From a virus: a DNA stretch of 64,000 nt. The stretch's first letter is position 1; each line of letters starts with the position of its first letter. The DNA lies in IMG/VR virus record IMGVR_UViG_3300016657_000126, positions 88,885-152,884 of that record, one strand, 5' to 3'. A model generated the notes under the pieces. That model was not told the DNA's origin and did no database searches. It saw nothing but the letters and a program-made list of their open reading frames with translations. Below, piece by piece: positions 26,092-35,309 of this stretch. The position numbers were made by a program, and so were the translations under genes.

Positions 26092-27701
26092 TGAAAATCC
26101 CCCAGAGCCAGAGTTTTGTGCTTACGATGACAGTCGCTGAAAAGGACGGATCGCCCGACCACGACGGAGCCAGTCAGCGCGCAGGTTCCGACAAGCTCGC
26201 GAAGAGCGCCAGGCTTTATGTAGGCCAGCGTCAGGTGCGGCGTGTAGTTGGGGAAAGTGGAAATGAGTTTGTCGCCGAAAAACTTCCTGAGGAAGCGATA
26301 CAACTCACGCAGATCGCGCGACTCCACCGAGAGCTTCAGCACATCTTTGCTGGCGCCTTCAAAGAAAGAAATATCGCCGATTCGCGCAGCAATACGGTCT
26401 CCGCCCCAGGCGTCGAGCGCATCACGAATATCTTCGGGCGTCACACTCTGATCAAATCCCCACGCTACAGTGATGTGCGGATCACGCTCATCCTCGACGC
26501 GTTGTTCGCGCGGGACATTGCGGTCTGTCCACTCGACGATGTCGGCGGCAGCCTGCAGGGGAAGGCGTAGCATGAGGCAGCCGCGATCCCCGGGCTCGGC
26601 GGCCTTTTGCTTGGCCTCCTTCGGTAGCTCGAGGGTGGTTGGAGCGAGCTCGGTCTTCGGCGGTTCCTGCGTGGGTTTGCCGGCGGCAGCCAGAAAGGCC
26701 TTCTCATCCACAGACGGATCTTTCTGCAGAAAAGCGATGATCGCGTCTTCGAGCGCTTCCTTCGGGAGATCCAGGTCGATGCCCGCCTGGTGTTGCTCGT
26801 TCAGAAACACCGCCACCATGCGAAGGCTGTCGGCCTCGACGTTAGCGACTTTTGCCGAGTGCGACGAAACCAGCGGAGGCAATGCCTGCGGGATCACGCG
26901 CGCCTGCTTCATGGTCCCGCCATAGAAGCCAGGCAGGTGACGCTTGGCTACGCGTTCGTGCACCTGCGACTGCCCAAGCGCGTCTTTGACGGCCGCGATT
27001 TTGTCATCGCGCGCCGCCTCGGGTTTTCTCGCCCAGCGCGGCACCAGGCGCTCGTAAGCCTTGTCGACGACACGCGAGTCGTAGCGCTGGCTGTTGGCGG
27101 CGAACACCGCGTCACCCCAACGCTTCTTCAGCTCTTCATCCCCTACCCCGAGATCTTTGAGCAGGCTGTAAAGGTGCAGCTCGGATTGCTGAACGCTGAG
27201 GCGATACTGCGAGTCCTCCGGGCGGAAGAGCACACGGAAATTTGTTCCGCTACCTGGGCGCACATTGAACTGGGTCTCGAGTTCGCCGTTCTGCTTGCGA
27301 CGCGTGTAGGGGCCTGGAAGCAGCCGCAGCTGCTTGACGTGCACGTATTCGTTTCCGTCGCGGATGAAGGTTCCGCGCTCGGTGAGATGCGGGACGCGCA
27401 TGAGCGTCATGCGCTTTCGCTCGAGCTCCTGACCTGACTTCTCGTCAGATAGCACGACGGTTCCGCGGAGGCGTCGAACGAGGCGCGTGTCATGGAGTAG
27501 CGCTTTCTTTTGTTCGGCTTTACCGCGGTGGTCGGGATCTTCATAGTCCACATCCTCGACGTGCAGACGGAACCCGCCGTAGCTGAGCGGGAATGCCTGG
27601 GTCATGGCGGCCTTTGCGCCGGAGAAAATTTCACGGCGCTCCGAATCGAAATCCTCGAAATCTCGAAGCGCTACATTGGGCGGTAAAATCTCCTTTGGCA
27701 T
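26088..27701 (-). CDS. RNA polymerase beta N-terminal fragment fused to a C-terminal 2H phosphoesterase (Acb1/gp57B-like)
   Basis: RpoB-like VPHLTERGTFIRDGNEY...QLRLLPGPY. The C-terminal ~165 aa has two HxT motifs, DPHITVAWG and YTPHLTLAY. Confidence 0.88.
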   Translation of the reverse strand: MPKEILPPNVALRDFEDFDSERREIFSGAKAAMTQAFPLSYGGFRLHVEDVDYEDPDHRGKAEQKKALLHDTRLVRRLRGTVVLSDEKSGQELERKRMTLMRVPHLTERGTFIRDGNEYVHVKQLRLLPGPYTRRKQNGELETQFNVRPGSGTNFRVLFRPEDSQYRLSVQQSELHLYSLLKDLGVGDEELKKRWGDAVFAANSQRYDSRVVDKAYERLVPRWARKPEAARDDKIAAVKDALGQSQVHERVAKRHLPGFYGGTMKQARVIPQALPPLVSSHSAKVANVEADSLRMVAVFLNEQHQAGIDLDLPKEALEDAIIAFLQKDPSVDEKAFLAAAGKPTQEPPKTELAPTTLELPKEAKQKAAEPGDRGCLMLRLPLQAAADIVEWTDRNVPREQRVEDERDPHITVAWGFDQSVTPEDIRDALDAWGGDRIAARIGDISFFEGASKDVLKLSVESRDLRELYRFLRKFFGDKLISTFPNYTPHLTLAYIKPGALRELVGTCALTGSVVVGRSVLFSDCHRKHKTLALGDFQ

Positions 27702-27754
27702 CTGGCTAGGCTGGCATGAAGGCCGCGACGCGACAAGCGCGGGCGATAGCTAAC

Positions 27755-27793
27755 AAAAAAGCGCGAAGCGGCCCGAAGGCCACCTCGCGCTTT
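27755..27793 (-). terminator. Intrinsic terminator
   Basis: aaagcgcga..ggcc-cgaa-ggcc..tcgcgcttt stem with a minus-strand T6 tail. Confidence 0.75.
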
Positions 27794-27805
27794 GCTATGC
27801 GAATC

Positions 27806-29386
27806 TTAGACCGCGGCGACGGGAGCCGGGGCCAGTGCGCTGACATCCGGAGCCTCGCCGGTGAGCGAGAGCGCCGTGTCCCAGTCGCGGAAATCTTCGC
27901 CCCACACCGGCACACCACTGAGGTTCACCGGGCGGAACTTGATCTTCGACTCGCCCTTGAGCGCCGTGACCTGCGCCAAGCGCTCTTGCAGCGCCACGGC
28001 CAGCTGCGTGAAGTCGCCGCCGACTACGATCGGAACCGCGCTGGGGAAGGCCTCCTCGCCCCAGCTACCCACGAACTTCATCTCCATGGCGTGAGCCACG
28101 GGGATGACGTCCTTGAACGCCGCGTGCCCAGCCGCCACGAGGAGCGGCACCGGCGGAGCGGACGGATCGGCGGCGACGCCGTCGATGTCGGCGATCTTCG
28201 CGCGGAAGTCATCCGGCACGAGGAACCCGACTGACCCGTCCGACATCGCGGCCCACACGCCGGCCGGCTTTACCACCGGCGGAGGCGTGGGAACCGGAGC
28301 CGGCGCCGGCGTCGCGCGCAGCAGCTTGCTGCGGCGGAGCTGATCCAACTTTCCTACGTCGAGGCGGACCATGCCGCTGTTGTCGCGCTTGGCGGTGTAG
28401 CGGGCGGTGGTCGCGTTGATGCCGTTGATGAGGATGCGCAGGTTGTTGATCGAGTGAGCGTCGAACCCGCGCTTGGCGAGGTTCGACAGAACATCCGAGC
28501 AATGGAACCAGGACATGTAGGCCTCCTCGGCGACCTCAGTGGGATCGTCGTGCTTGTCCAGCAGCCGGCGGTCGGGACCGACCGAGTTCTCGCCGACCGG
28601 GTCAGTGATGTGACCGAAGTAGAGCAAGTCACCCGGCTTGCCGCCGGCGCGACGGATGATCGCGTCGGTGAACCGAGCGATCGCTGCCTTGCCTTCGACA
28701 CGACCGCGCCCGAGCGCTTGGGCGAACGCTGGCTCCTTCTGCATCGCCTCCACAAAGTAACCGTGGACGGCGGTGAGCAGGGGGAGCGGAATCAGCCCGG
28801 AGATCTCTTCCTGCTTGAACGGATCCCAGCCGATCTTGCCGTCGGCGCGCGGCGTGGACGTCTTCAGGAACCAGCCCTGGTTCACCCCGAACGGCTGCTC
28901 GATATTCGGACCGCGGCGCTTCGCAGCGCGGGCGGCCTCGAGCTCCTTGGTCTCGTGACGCAGCCGGTCGAGATGGTCGACCTTCGGCATCAGCGAGATG
29001 ACGTCCTCCCAGTCGACCGTCACGCGCTCGGACTCGCCGACGAAGCCCGCGAAGGAGCCACCAGCCACCATCGTCGCGCGACGAGCGATGGTCTCGTTGT
29101 GGGGAATCTCGGCGATCGCCGAGCGGTTCGCCAAATCTTCGAACGTGACCACGCCGCCCTCACGGGTGGCGAAAGCGTCGCAGTCGGCGACCAGCGCGAT
29201 TTGGGCCGCGCAGATGGCCACTCTCGGGAGCTCTGCAGCGGCCCCCGAGTATACGTTCTCGCCAACCACATGGGCAGGCACCGCCTGACCGAAACCAAGC
29301 GCGATCCATTTGGACCCCGCGTTCTTAACGAAAACCGCGCGAGCGGTGATACCTTCAACTTTCGAGGAGACGGACTCGATTTGCAT
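27806..29386 (-). CDS. Hypothetical protein (526 aa)
   Basis: Long ORF between a candidate promoter and a terminator; no motif recognised. Confidence 0.8.
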   Translation of the reverse strand: MQIESVSSKVEGITARAVFVKNAGSKWIALGFGQAVPAHVVGENVYSGAAAELPRVAICAAQIALVADCDAFATREGGVVTFEDLANRSAIAEIPHNETIARRATMVAGGSFAGFVGESERVTVDWEDVISLMPKVDHLDRLRHETKELEAARAAKRRGPNIEQPFGVNQGWFLKTSTPRADGKIGWDPFKQEEISGLIPLPLLTAVHGYFVEAMQKEPAFAQALGRGRVEGKAAIARFTDAIIRRAGGKPGDLLYFGHITDPVGENSVGPDRRLLDKHDDPTEVAEEAYMSWFHCSDVLSNLAKRGFDAHSINNLRILINGINATTARYTAKRDNSGMVRLDVGKLDQLRRSKLLRATPAPAPVPTPPPVVKPAGVWAAMSDGSVGFLVPDDFRAKIADIDGVAADPSAPPVPLLVAAGHAAFKDVIPVAHAMEMKFVGSWGEEAFPSAVPIVVGGDFTQLAVALQERLAQVTALKGESKIKFRPVNLSGVPVWGEDFRDWDTALSLTGEAPDVSALAPAPVAAV

Positions 29387-29403
29387 GATGTTACCTTTTC
29401 TTT

Positions 29404-29604
29404 TTACTTTTCGTTTTCTGAACCTCCTGCCCGGGAGCGGAGCAGGAAAAAACCGACTGCCACTAAACCCAGCGCCAGCACGATAGGCGCGCCGACGCCA
29501 ATGAGTTCAGCGACTAGTCTCACCAACTCTAGGAACGGCTTAAAGACCCAGAACAGAATCCAGGTGATGAAGCCGCCTAAGAGGATAAATATAATGGTGG
29601 GCAT
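29404..29604 (-). CDS. Small two-TM membrane protein
   Basis: 66 aa with two hydrophobic segments. Confidence 0.65.
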   Translation of the reverse strand: MPTIIFILLGGFITWILFWVFKPFLELVRLVAELIGVGAPIVLALGLVAVGFFLLRSRAGGSENEK

Positions 29605-29609
29605 CCAGA

Positions 29610-29625
29610 GATATATGACGCAAAA
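29610..29625 (-). promoter_or_regulatory. Candidate promoter motif TTTTGCGTCATATAT
   Basis: Matches the 6721-6736 and 59898-59913 motifs; lies just upstream of the 29604 start. Confidence 0.5.
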
Positions 29626-29649
29626 AGGCCCGCCGTTGCAGGCGGGCCT
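29622..29649 (-). terminator. Intrinsic terminator
   Basis: aggcccgcc-gttgca-ggcgggcct with a minus-strand T tail. Confidence 0.75.
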
Positions 29650-29676
29650 CGGAGAGGGATGGACTGTGTTTTTCGC

Positions 29677-30276
29677 TTAACGCTGGCTGGCGCTGACGCC
29701 GGCTCCGGTCGTGGCGCGCACGCCCCCGCGGGGCCAGCTGAGCTCGATGTTGCCGTCTGCGTCGATACCACGCACGGTGTAGCCAGGCAGGATGGCTTGG
29801 TCCTTCTTGATCTGCTTGAGGGCACCGAGCTTGATGACCAAGTTCATGAGCGCCGCGCCGCGTACGCCGTTTGGCACCTCGCGGAGGTAGACGTCGCCCG
29901 TGTCGGTCTCGATGTCCACGACGATCGGAGGAGTGGGCTTGTCGGGCTCGGGAGAGTTTCGCTGCGGAAGCGAGACTAGGCGCATGTTGATGCGGTCGAC
30001 GGAAAGCGCGGTGTCACCATCAACCCAAACCACGAAGTTGTGGTCGCGAAGATTGTCGTAGCCGGTGTGCGGGCCATCCTCCACCGGCGCGCCGTTAACG
30101 CGCTCGTAAAGCTCTGCCGAACACTTGAGATGGGTGAGTTTTCCGGAACGACCGAACGCGAGCAGGAGCGTCGGATTGGGTCCGGACTCTCCGCGAATTT
30201 GAGGCGGCAGACAGGCGTCGAACAGGACCGGAGTCCCCTTCTTCACAGGTTTGGATGTAGAACTTTTGCTAGGCAT
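29677..30276 (-). CDS. Hypothetical protein
   Basis: 199 aa ORF ending before a terminator. Confidence 0.7.
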   Translation of the reverse strand: MPSKSSTSKPVKKGTPVLFDACLPPQIRGESGPNPTLLLAFGRSGKLTHLKCSAELYERVNGAPVEDGPHTGYDNLRDHNFVVWVDGDTALSVDRINMRLVSLPQRNSPEPDKPTPPIVVDIETDTGDVYLREVPNGVRGAALMNLVIKLGALKQIKKDQAILPGYTVRGIDADGNIELSWPRGGVRATTGAGVSASQR

Positions 30277-30686
30277 GTTCGTGCGAGGGTAGGGTTGGTG
30301 ACGTATAGAACTTCGAAAATTTTAGATTCAAACTCAACAACTTTATTGGGATCTGCGTTTGAGTTCAGAGCTTTTGTAACTGCTAAACGCACTTGCTCGC
30401 TACAATTCGGACAGCCGAGCGCGTGATAGATTCCACCCGCGCGGAATTTGAGTTTTGTCTCCTTGTTCTCGCTGGCCGGGATATTAGCCAGCAGGGATCC
30501 ACACCCAACACACACGAGGCGCGCCGTGCTCTGGTCGTAACGGGCGTGCTCGGCTTTGCACGGACAGTCCTTGCAAACATCAGTGTCGATGCGCTTAACG
30601 AGCGGCGAGCGCGTCACCACCATGTCGGTGACGCGCTTTCTTTTCTGACAACGGCACACTACGTCGGGGATCCTCAGCTGCGCCAT
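30243..30686 (-). CDS. Cys-rich putative zinc-binding protein
   Basis: CRC, CKDC, CVGC, CPNC. Confidence 0.65.
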   Translation of the reverse strand: MAQLRIPDVVCRCQKRKRVTDMVVTRSPLVKRIDTDVCKDCPCKAEHARYDQSTARLVCVGCGSLLANIPASENKETKLKFRAGGIYHALGCPNCSEQVRLAVTKALNSNADPNKVVEFESKIFEVLYVTNPTLARTCLAKVLHPNL

Positions 30687-30756
30687 GTCCACTTCGCGCG
30701 GGCGCGGCAACGCACGCAGAGCAAGAACCAGCGAACCTAGCGCGCGTGGGTCGAGA

Positions 30757-32445
30757 TCAGTGCCCGAAGCATTTCTCGATGAAGGCATGCCTCTCGCTAT
30801 CCGGCACGTCCTTGTATTGCAACACCTGATCAAGCTTCTGCTCCGCCTGCTCACGACGTTGCGCCAGGCGTTTGAAGTCTATCTGGCCTAGATCTCCGGT
30901 GACGCGGAGCGGAGTGTAACGCGGCGGGGGCGAGTAAGAGAGCAGCCCGCGCGAGGCGATGTCTTTGAGATGCCGGACGGCCGTGGCCTCGGTGAGCAAG
31001 ACCTGGTCGGCCAGGTTCGCCAGATCGACCTCGAATGATCCGTCGCTCTTGGCCTGCCCGGCCGCCAGCACCGCATTATAGTATTTGTGGAACTGCTCGT
31101 CCTCACCACGCCCAAGGAATTTAACTGTGGCGATGCGCTGCTCCACCGGACTTGTAGCCAACACATTCGCGCCCAGCAGAACACTGCGGATGGCGCGATG
31201 CGAGAATGTCGATACCCCGCTGTGCTTCTCGATGACCTCGGCAGATGCGCAAGCCAGCCCGGTCTTTCGGTCGGTGAGCGAGCAGACCGCGTTGTAGAAC
31301 GCTGCGATATCCGCGCGGCTCGGATGCCCGTTGTCCAGAAACCGACGCTGGGTTGATATGGAGTCCCGGGAATAGAGCGTGACGCCGCGGCTTGGTTTGC
31401 CGTCGCGCCCGCCTCGACCGAGCTCCTGAGCCAGCGCCTCGATGTTCGGCGGAATATCGCGGTGCACAACCAGACGAACGTCCGGTTTGTCGACACCCAT
31501 GCCGAACGCATTAGTGGCTACCACGACGTCGGCCTTACCCGTCATGAATAGGTCCATGTTCGCTTCCTTCTTCTTCGGGTCCATCTGGCCGTGGTAGATG
31601 GTCGTCGACAGCCCCACCGCGCCGAGCGCTCGCTGGAGATGCGAGGCAGTCTCCTCGAGGCGAGTGATCGTGGAGCAGTAGACGATGGACGGACCATTCG
31701 CCTCTTGGATCAGATCCACCATCTGATTGATGTCGCGATAGTCGTCCGCAGTGAACGCCAGGTTATCGCGGCGCAGATAGTGCGACAACTTTCGGGCGCG
31801 CGACATGCAGAGGACACGTCGGATATCGTCTTCCACCTCGGGTGGGCATGTGGCGGTGAAAGCCGAAACAACCTTGGGAACCGAGGCGGTGATGTAGTCT
31901 CCGATCTTGCAGTAGAACGGGCGAAAAGTATCCGACCACTGCGACAAACAGTGCGCCTCGTCGATGGTCACCATGTCCGGCTTCACCGTGTTCAGCGCCG
32001 CCATGAATGCATCGTTTCCGAGGCGCTCCGGAGAGACGTAGAGCATCTGTAGCTGCCCAGACATCCACTGGCGCATCGTGAACTCGTTCTCGCCGGCGGT
32101 GCGGTTACCATTAACGGTTCCGGCCGCCACTCCCATCAACGTGAGCTTATTCACCTGGTCCTTCATCAGCGCCAGCAGCGGGCTGAACACCACGGTCTTC
32201 CAGTTGAGGGCGAGCGTTGGAATGATGAAGCAGGCTGATTTTCCGCCTGACGTATTGATGACACAGAGCAGGTCCTGCCCGCCGAGGATCGTCGCAATCG
32301 CGCTGTCCTGACCTGAACGAAGAGCTGAGAATCCAAGGTCGCGAATAACGCGCGGAAGGGCGCGCATGCCGGCGGAAAGCCACTCGACGTTGACGACGTT
32401 GTTTCTGATCGCGTAGCGATCGTGACCTACCTGGGCGGTTGACAT
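30757..32445 (-). CDS. recQ: RecQ-family DNA helicase
   Basis: LRSGQ, TSGGKS, SPLLALMKDQV, YVSPERL, DEAHCLSQW..FRP, TAT, YHGQM, ATNAFGMGVDKPDVR, QELGRGGRDG; start reassigned to MSTAQV. Confidence 0.92.
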   Translation of the reverse strand: MSTAQVGHDRYAIRNNVVNVEWLSAGMRALPRVIRDLGFSALRSGQDSAIATILGGQDLLCVINTSGGKSACFIIPTLALNWKTVVFSPLLALMKDQVNKLTLMGVAAGTVNGNRTAGENEFTMRQWMSGQLQMLYVSPERLGNDAFMAALNTVKPDMVTIDEAHCLSQWSDTFRPFYCKIGDYITASVPKVVSAFTATCPPEVEDDIRRVLCMSRARKLSHYLRRDNLAFTADDYRDINQMVDLIQEANGPSIVYCSTITRLEETASHLQRALGAVGLSTTIYHGQMDPKKKEANMDLFMTGKADVVVATNAFGMGVDKPDVRLVVHRDIPPNIEALAQELGRGGRDGKPSRGVTLYSRDSISTQRRFLDNGHPSRADIAAFYNAVCSLTDRKTGLACASAEVIEKHSGVSTFSHRAIRSVLLGANVLATSPVEQRIATVKFLGRGEDEQFHKYYNAVLAAGQAKSDGSFEVDLANLADQVLLTEATAVRHLKDIASRGLLSYSPPPRYTPLRVTGDLGQIDFKRLAQRREQAEQKLDQVLQYKDVPDSERHAFIEKCFGH

Positions 32446-32945
32446 TTGAGATCGAGAAATTTTTGAACGACTCCAGCGTAAGACATGAGCGTCCTGACTT
32501 CGTTTTCTAGGCGAAGGGAGGCGACGTGGTTGCAGTAATTTGTGGTTCCGTCGAAGAGCAGTTCCAACGCTTGCGGCGTGACCGCGAGACGTCGGGTAAC
32601 ATCCCACGGCGTGGTCGCGCATAGGTCATCGATCACGCTCCGAATAGCCGTGCGCCAGAAATCGCCATAACCACGGCGAGCGAGTGACAGGCGAAGAGGC
32701 GCAGCCAGCGGCTCCGGGTGGATGGTCCACACGCGCGAGTTCACCGCATCAGGAAACAGTTCGACCCACTTATCGACGGCCGCAAACAGCTCGCCAAGAT
32801 TCAGGCACGGCACGGTCAGGTCCCGGATGAACCAGGGCTCGGTGCCGCCCGTGAAGTGCCCGACCATGAAAGTGCCGTCGCACTGATCAAGCCGGTGCGG
32901 AACCGATCCATCGGGGCGCACCCAGAGAAGCAACGCGTTACCCAT
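32427..32945 (-). CDS. Hypothetical protein
   Basis: Start reassigned to MGNALLL; tiles with its neighbours. Confidence 0.6.
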   Translation of the reverse strand: MGNALLLWVRPDGSVPHRLDQCDGTFMVGHFTGGTEPWFIRDLTVPCLNLGELFAAVDKWVELFPDAVNSRVWTIHPEPLAAPLRLSLARRGYGDFWRTAIRSVIDDLCATTPWDVTRRLAVTPQALELLFDGTTNYCNHVASLRLENEVRTLMSYAGVVQKFLDLKCQPPR

Positions 32946-33339
32946 TGATGGAAACCAGCGCGTGCTTGAGCGCTTGAAACACAAAAACCTGCGGCTTGAT
33001 TGCCTCGTGCGCAGCCAGCTCAGCGACCTGCGCAAGAGGGACCACCGCGAGGAAGTTGCTCGGTAGCACCGGTTCGATGAATTGGACCTCGAACACATCC
33101 AACGCGCGCACTGGGCGGTCGAAGGCCACGCTGCTGGAGAACCGCGAGACGCTCATGAAGAAAGGAATGATGAGCGCCGGCGTGGTAAATTCCTTCAGCG
33201 GAAAAACGTCCCGCATCAGATGATAGTCTTCGGACAACGGACGAATGTCTCCGAGCCTGGCGAGCGCGCGCGTAGGCGCGTGGACGCGCATTCGCACGCG
33301 CACCAAAGCTCTGTCAGTCTTGTTCTTTTGGTCAGGCAA
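32938..33339 (-). CDS. Hypothetical protein
   Basis: 133 aa tiling ORF. Confidence 0.6.
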   Translation of the reverse strand: MPDQKNKTDRALVRVRMRVHAPTRALARLGDIRPLSEDYHLMRDVFPLKEFTTPALIIPFFMSVSRFSSSVAFDRPVRALDVFEVQFIEPVLPSNFLAVVPLAQVAELAAHEAIKPQVFVFQALKHALVSING

Positions 33340-33763
33340 CGATGGAAGTAAGTTTAACGGCTACAAATACACGGCTCTCGAATCCAGCCATCATCAAAGC
33401 GCACTCGCGCTGAGAAGCCGAAATGTTCCGGCAAAACGAGCCGGCATCGTCCGTGTCTACGAACTCGCGAACCACGAAAGCTCCGTCGGCGCCGGGTATG
33501 GCGGCGTCGAAGAATATCATCGGAGTTCCGATCTCCATCTCCTCGGCAAAGAACCGAATGGCTTTTTGCTCGCTGCGTTTCGCTAGCGCGAACGCGGGGA
33601 TGACGTAGACCTTGTCGAGAATTACCCGGCAGTTGCTGGGTTCGAAGCCTAGCTTCCAACGTGCCTGGCTGAGGATCTCCGTCACCGAGTCGGAACGCGG
33701 GACGCGGAACGCCGAAGCCAGAGATATGGCCGCGGCGGTTTCGGATAATTTGGGACGCTTCAT
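33332..33763 (-). CDS. Hypothetical protein
   Basis: 143 aa, ATGA overlap with the RecA-like gene. Confidence 0.6.
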   Translation of the reverse strand: MKRPKLSETAAAISLASAFRVPRSDSVTEILSQARWKLGFEPSNCRVILDKVYVIPAFALAKRSEQKAIRFFAEEMEIGTPMIFFDAAIPGADGAFVVREFVDTDDAGSFCRNISASQRECALMMAGFESRVFVAVKLTSIVA

Positions 33764-35229
33764 TCGAGAGCGCTGGGGTCTGCGGCGGCGACGAGCGCCG
33801 GCTGAATTCGTAGTCCGGCGGTCTGTACCGCCTCCGCCTTCTTGATGTCTTCTGGAAAATACTCCGCGTAACCTTCGATACGCAGAAACTTTCCAGTCGA
33901 TATGACCGCTTCGCGATTGTTATGAAATGCAACGGCTATGTCGTGCGCGGATCCGCTGAACACGCCGAGCTCCTTCGAAGTGTAGCGCCGATTTTCCACA
34001 ACAAGACCGAGCAGTTTGTTGTCGAGCAGCAGATCGCAGAGAGCGAAGTCGAAGTCCATGGCGCTCTCTTGAAAGACGTCGGTGTCTCCGGTCATCTCGC
34101 TGCGCAGCACGGCTTGGATACGGCGACCTTCCGGGCCAAAGGACTGCTTGGCGGCCCGCATGATGATCTTATTTCCGATGACCGTCTCACCCACCTTGTA
34201 TTGGCCGGCGCGCACCATCGTGAGCTGCCAAGCTGCGAGTTGATTGAACGCGCGCCCTCCGCGGGTGGTTTTGTTGTAGAGCGCGGACGATTCGGCGTCC
34301 ATCGGTTTGCCGCGCCCGGACATGTCGATCTTCTCCGTCTGATGATTGCAGCAGATCAAAATGACATTGTTAGTGGACAGGAACGCCGGCAGGCGGCGCG
34401 CAAAGGCGTGCGCCCACTTGGCGTGCAGCAAATTCGACCCCTCGCCCGTAGCGGTGTAGTCTTCCTTTGCCAGCGATTCGGCGCTCTTGCCGTAGCCGTA
34501 GAAGCCTTCGGCCTCGGCATCCGACATCAGGCGACTCCAGACGTCGCACACGATGACGATGGGCGTGTCGATGGGAACGCAGATACCTGTCTTGTCCTTC
34601 TTGTTGTTCAGGCGTCCGCGGTAGGCGTCGACAGCATCGATCATGACCTGCTCGAATTCACGCAGAGAGAAGGCCTGCGTCCAGAGAACTTGGTCGGCCA
34701 GTTTCTCGCTGACTTCGCGATTGTTGGAGAGACAGCGCCGCGCGCGCTCGACCGGCATGGGCTTGTTTTCGGTCTCGATGTAGACTCCGGGGCAGCCTTG
34801 GCGCATCGCAGCGCCCATGATCTCGAAGCACGTGGTCGTCTTGCCCGTGGCCTCCTGCGCCGTGAGCGTGCCCATGGTGGCTTTCGGCATGCCGATCGTG
34901 CCGTAGAGATACTGCAGGGCGAAGTGGTGAAACGGCAGGAACGACGTGCGCACTTCACTGAGTGTTCGGAAATTGCTCGGGCGATTTTTCCGACGCTCGC
35001 CCAGGGCGCGAAGCACGCGAACCGCCGCGCCGGCACCATCCGCTTTTTCCTTGTCGGCTATCTGAAACGAGAACTGCGGGTCGAAGATGGGCGTCAACCC
35101 GGTGGCCTTGATGAGCGTCTCGATAGGCTGAAGGGCGGGATCGTTTGGCATCCCGGCGACCGGCGCCTCCGCGGTCGCAGCCGACTTCGTCGAGGTCTTT
35201 TTTGTGGGGGACTTTTTGGCTTTGGCCAT
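33760..35229 (-). CDS. Divergent RecA/UvsX-like recombinase
   Basis: GMPKAT, Walker A AQEATGKTT, YIETE, Walker B IVIVCD, CNHQTEKI, TRGGRAF. Confidence 0.85.
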   Translation of the reverse strand: MAKAKKSPTKKTSTKSAATAEAPVAGMPNDPALQPIETLIKATGLTPIFDPQFSFQIADKEKADGAGAAVRVLRALGERRKNRPSNFRTLSEVRTSFLPFHHFALQYLYGTIGMPKATMGTLTAQEATGKTTTCFEIMGAAMRQGCPGVYIETENKPMPVERARRCLSNNREVSEKLADQVLWTQAFSLREFEQVMIDAVDAYRGRLNNKKDKTGICVPIDTPIVIVCDVWSRLMSDAEAEGFYGYGKSAESLAKEDYTATGEGSNLLHAKWAHAFARRLPAFLSTNNVILICCNHQTEKIDMSGRGKPMDAESSALYNKTTRGGRAFNQLAAWQLTMVRAGQYKVGETVIGNKIIMRAAKQSFGPEGRRIQAVLRSEMTGDTDVFQESAMDFDFALCDLLLDNKLLGLVVENRRYTSKELGVFSGSAHDIAVAFHNNREAVISTGKFLRIEGYAEYFPEDIKKAEAVQTAGLRIQPALVAAADPSALE

Positions 35230-35232
35230 AGT

Positions 35233-35266
35233 GAAAGAAGAAGGGGTGAGGTTACCCTCACCCCTT
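35233..35266 (-). terminator. Intrinsic terminator
   Basis: aaggggtgagg-ttac-cctcacccctt with a minus-strand CTTCTTTC tail. Confidence 0.7.
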
Positions 35267-35309
35267 GAGTGTGTCCAACGATTACGTCCTACTCAAACGC
35301 GCTGATTTA

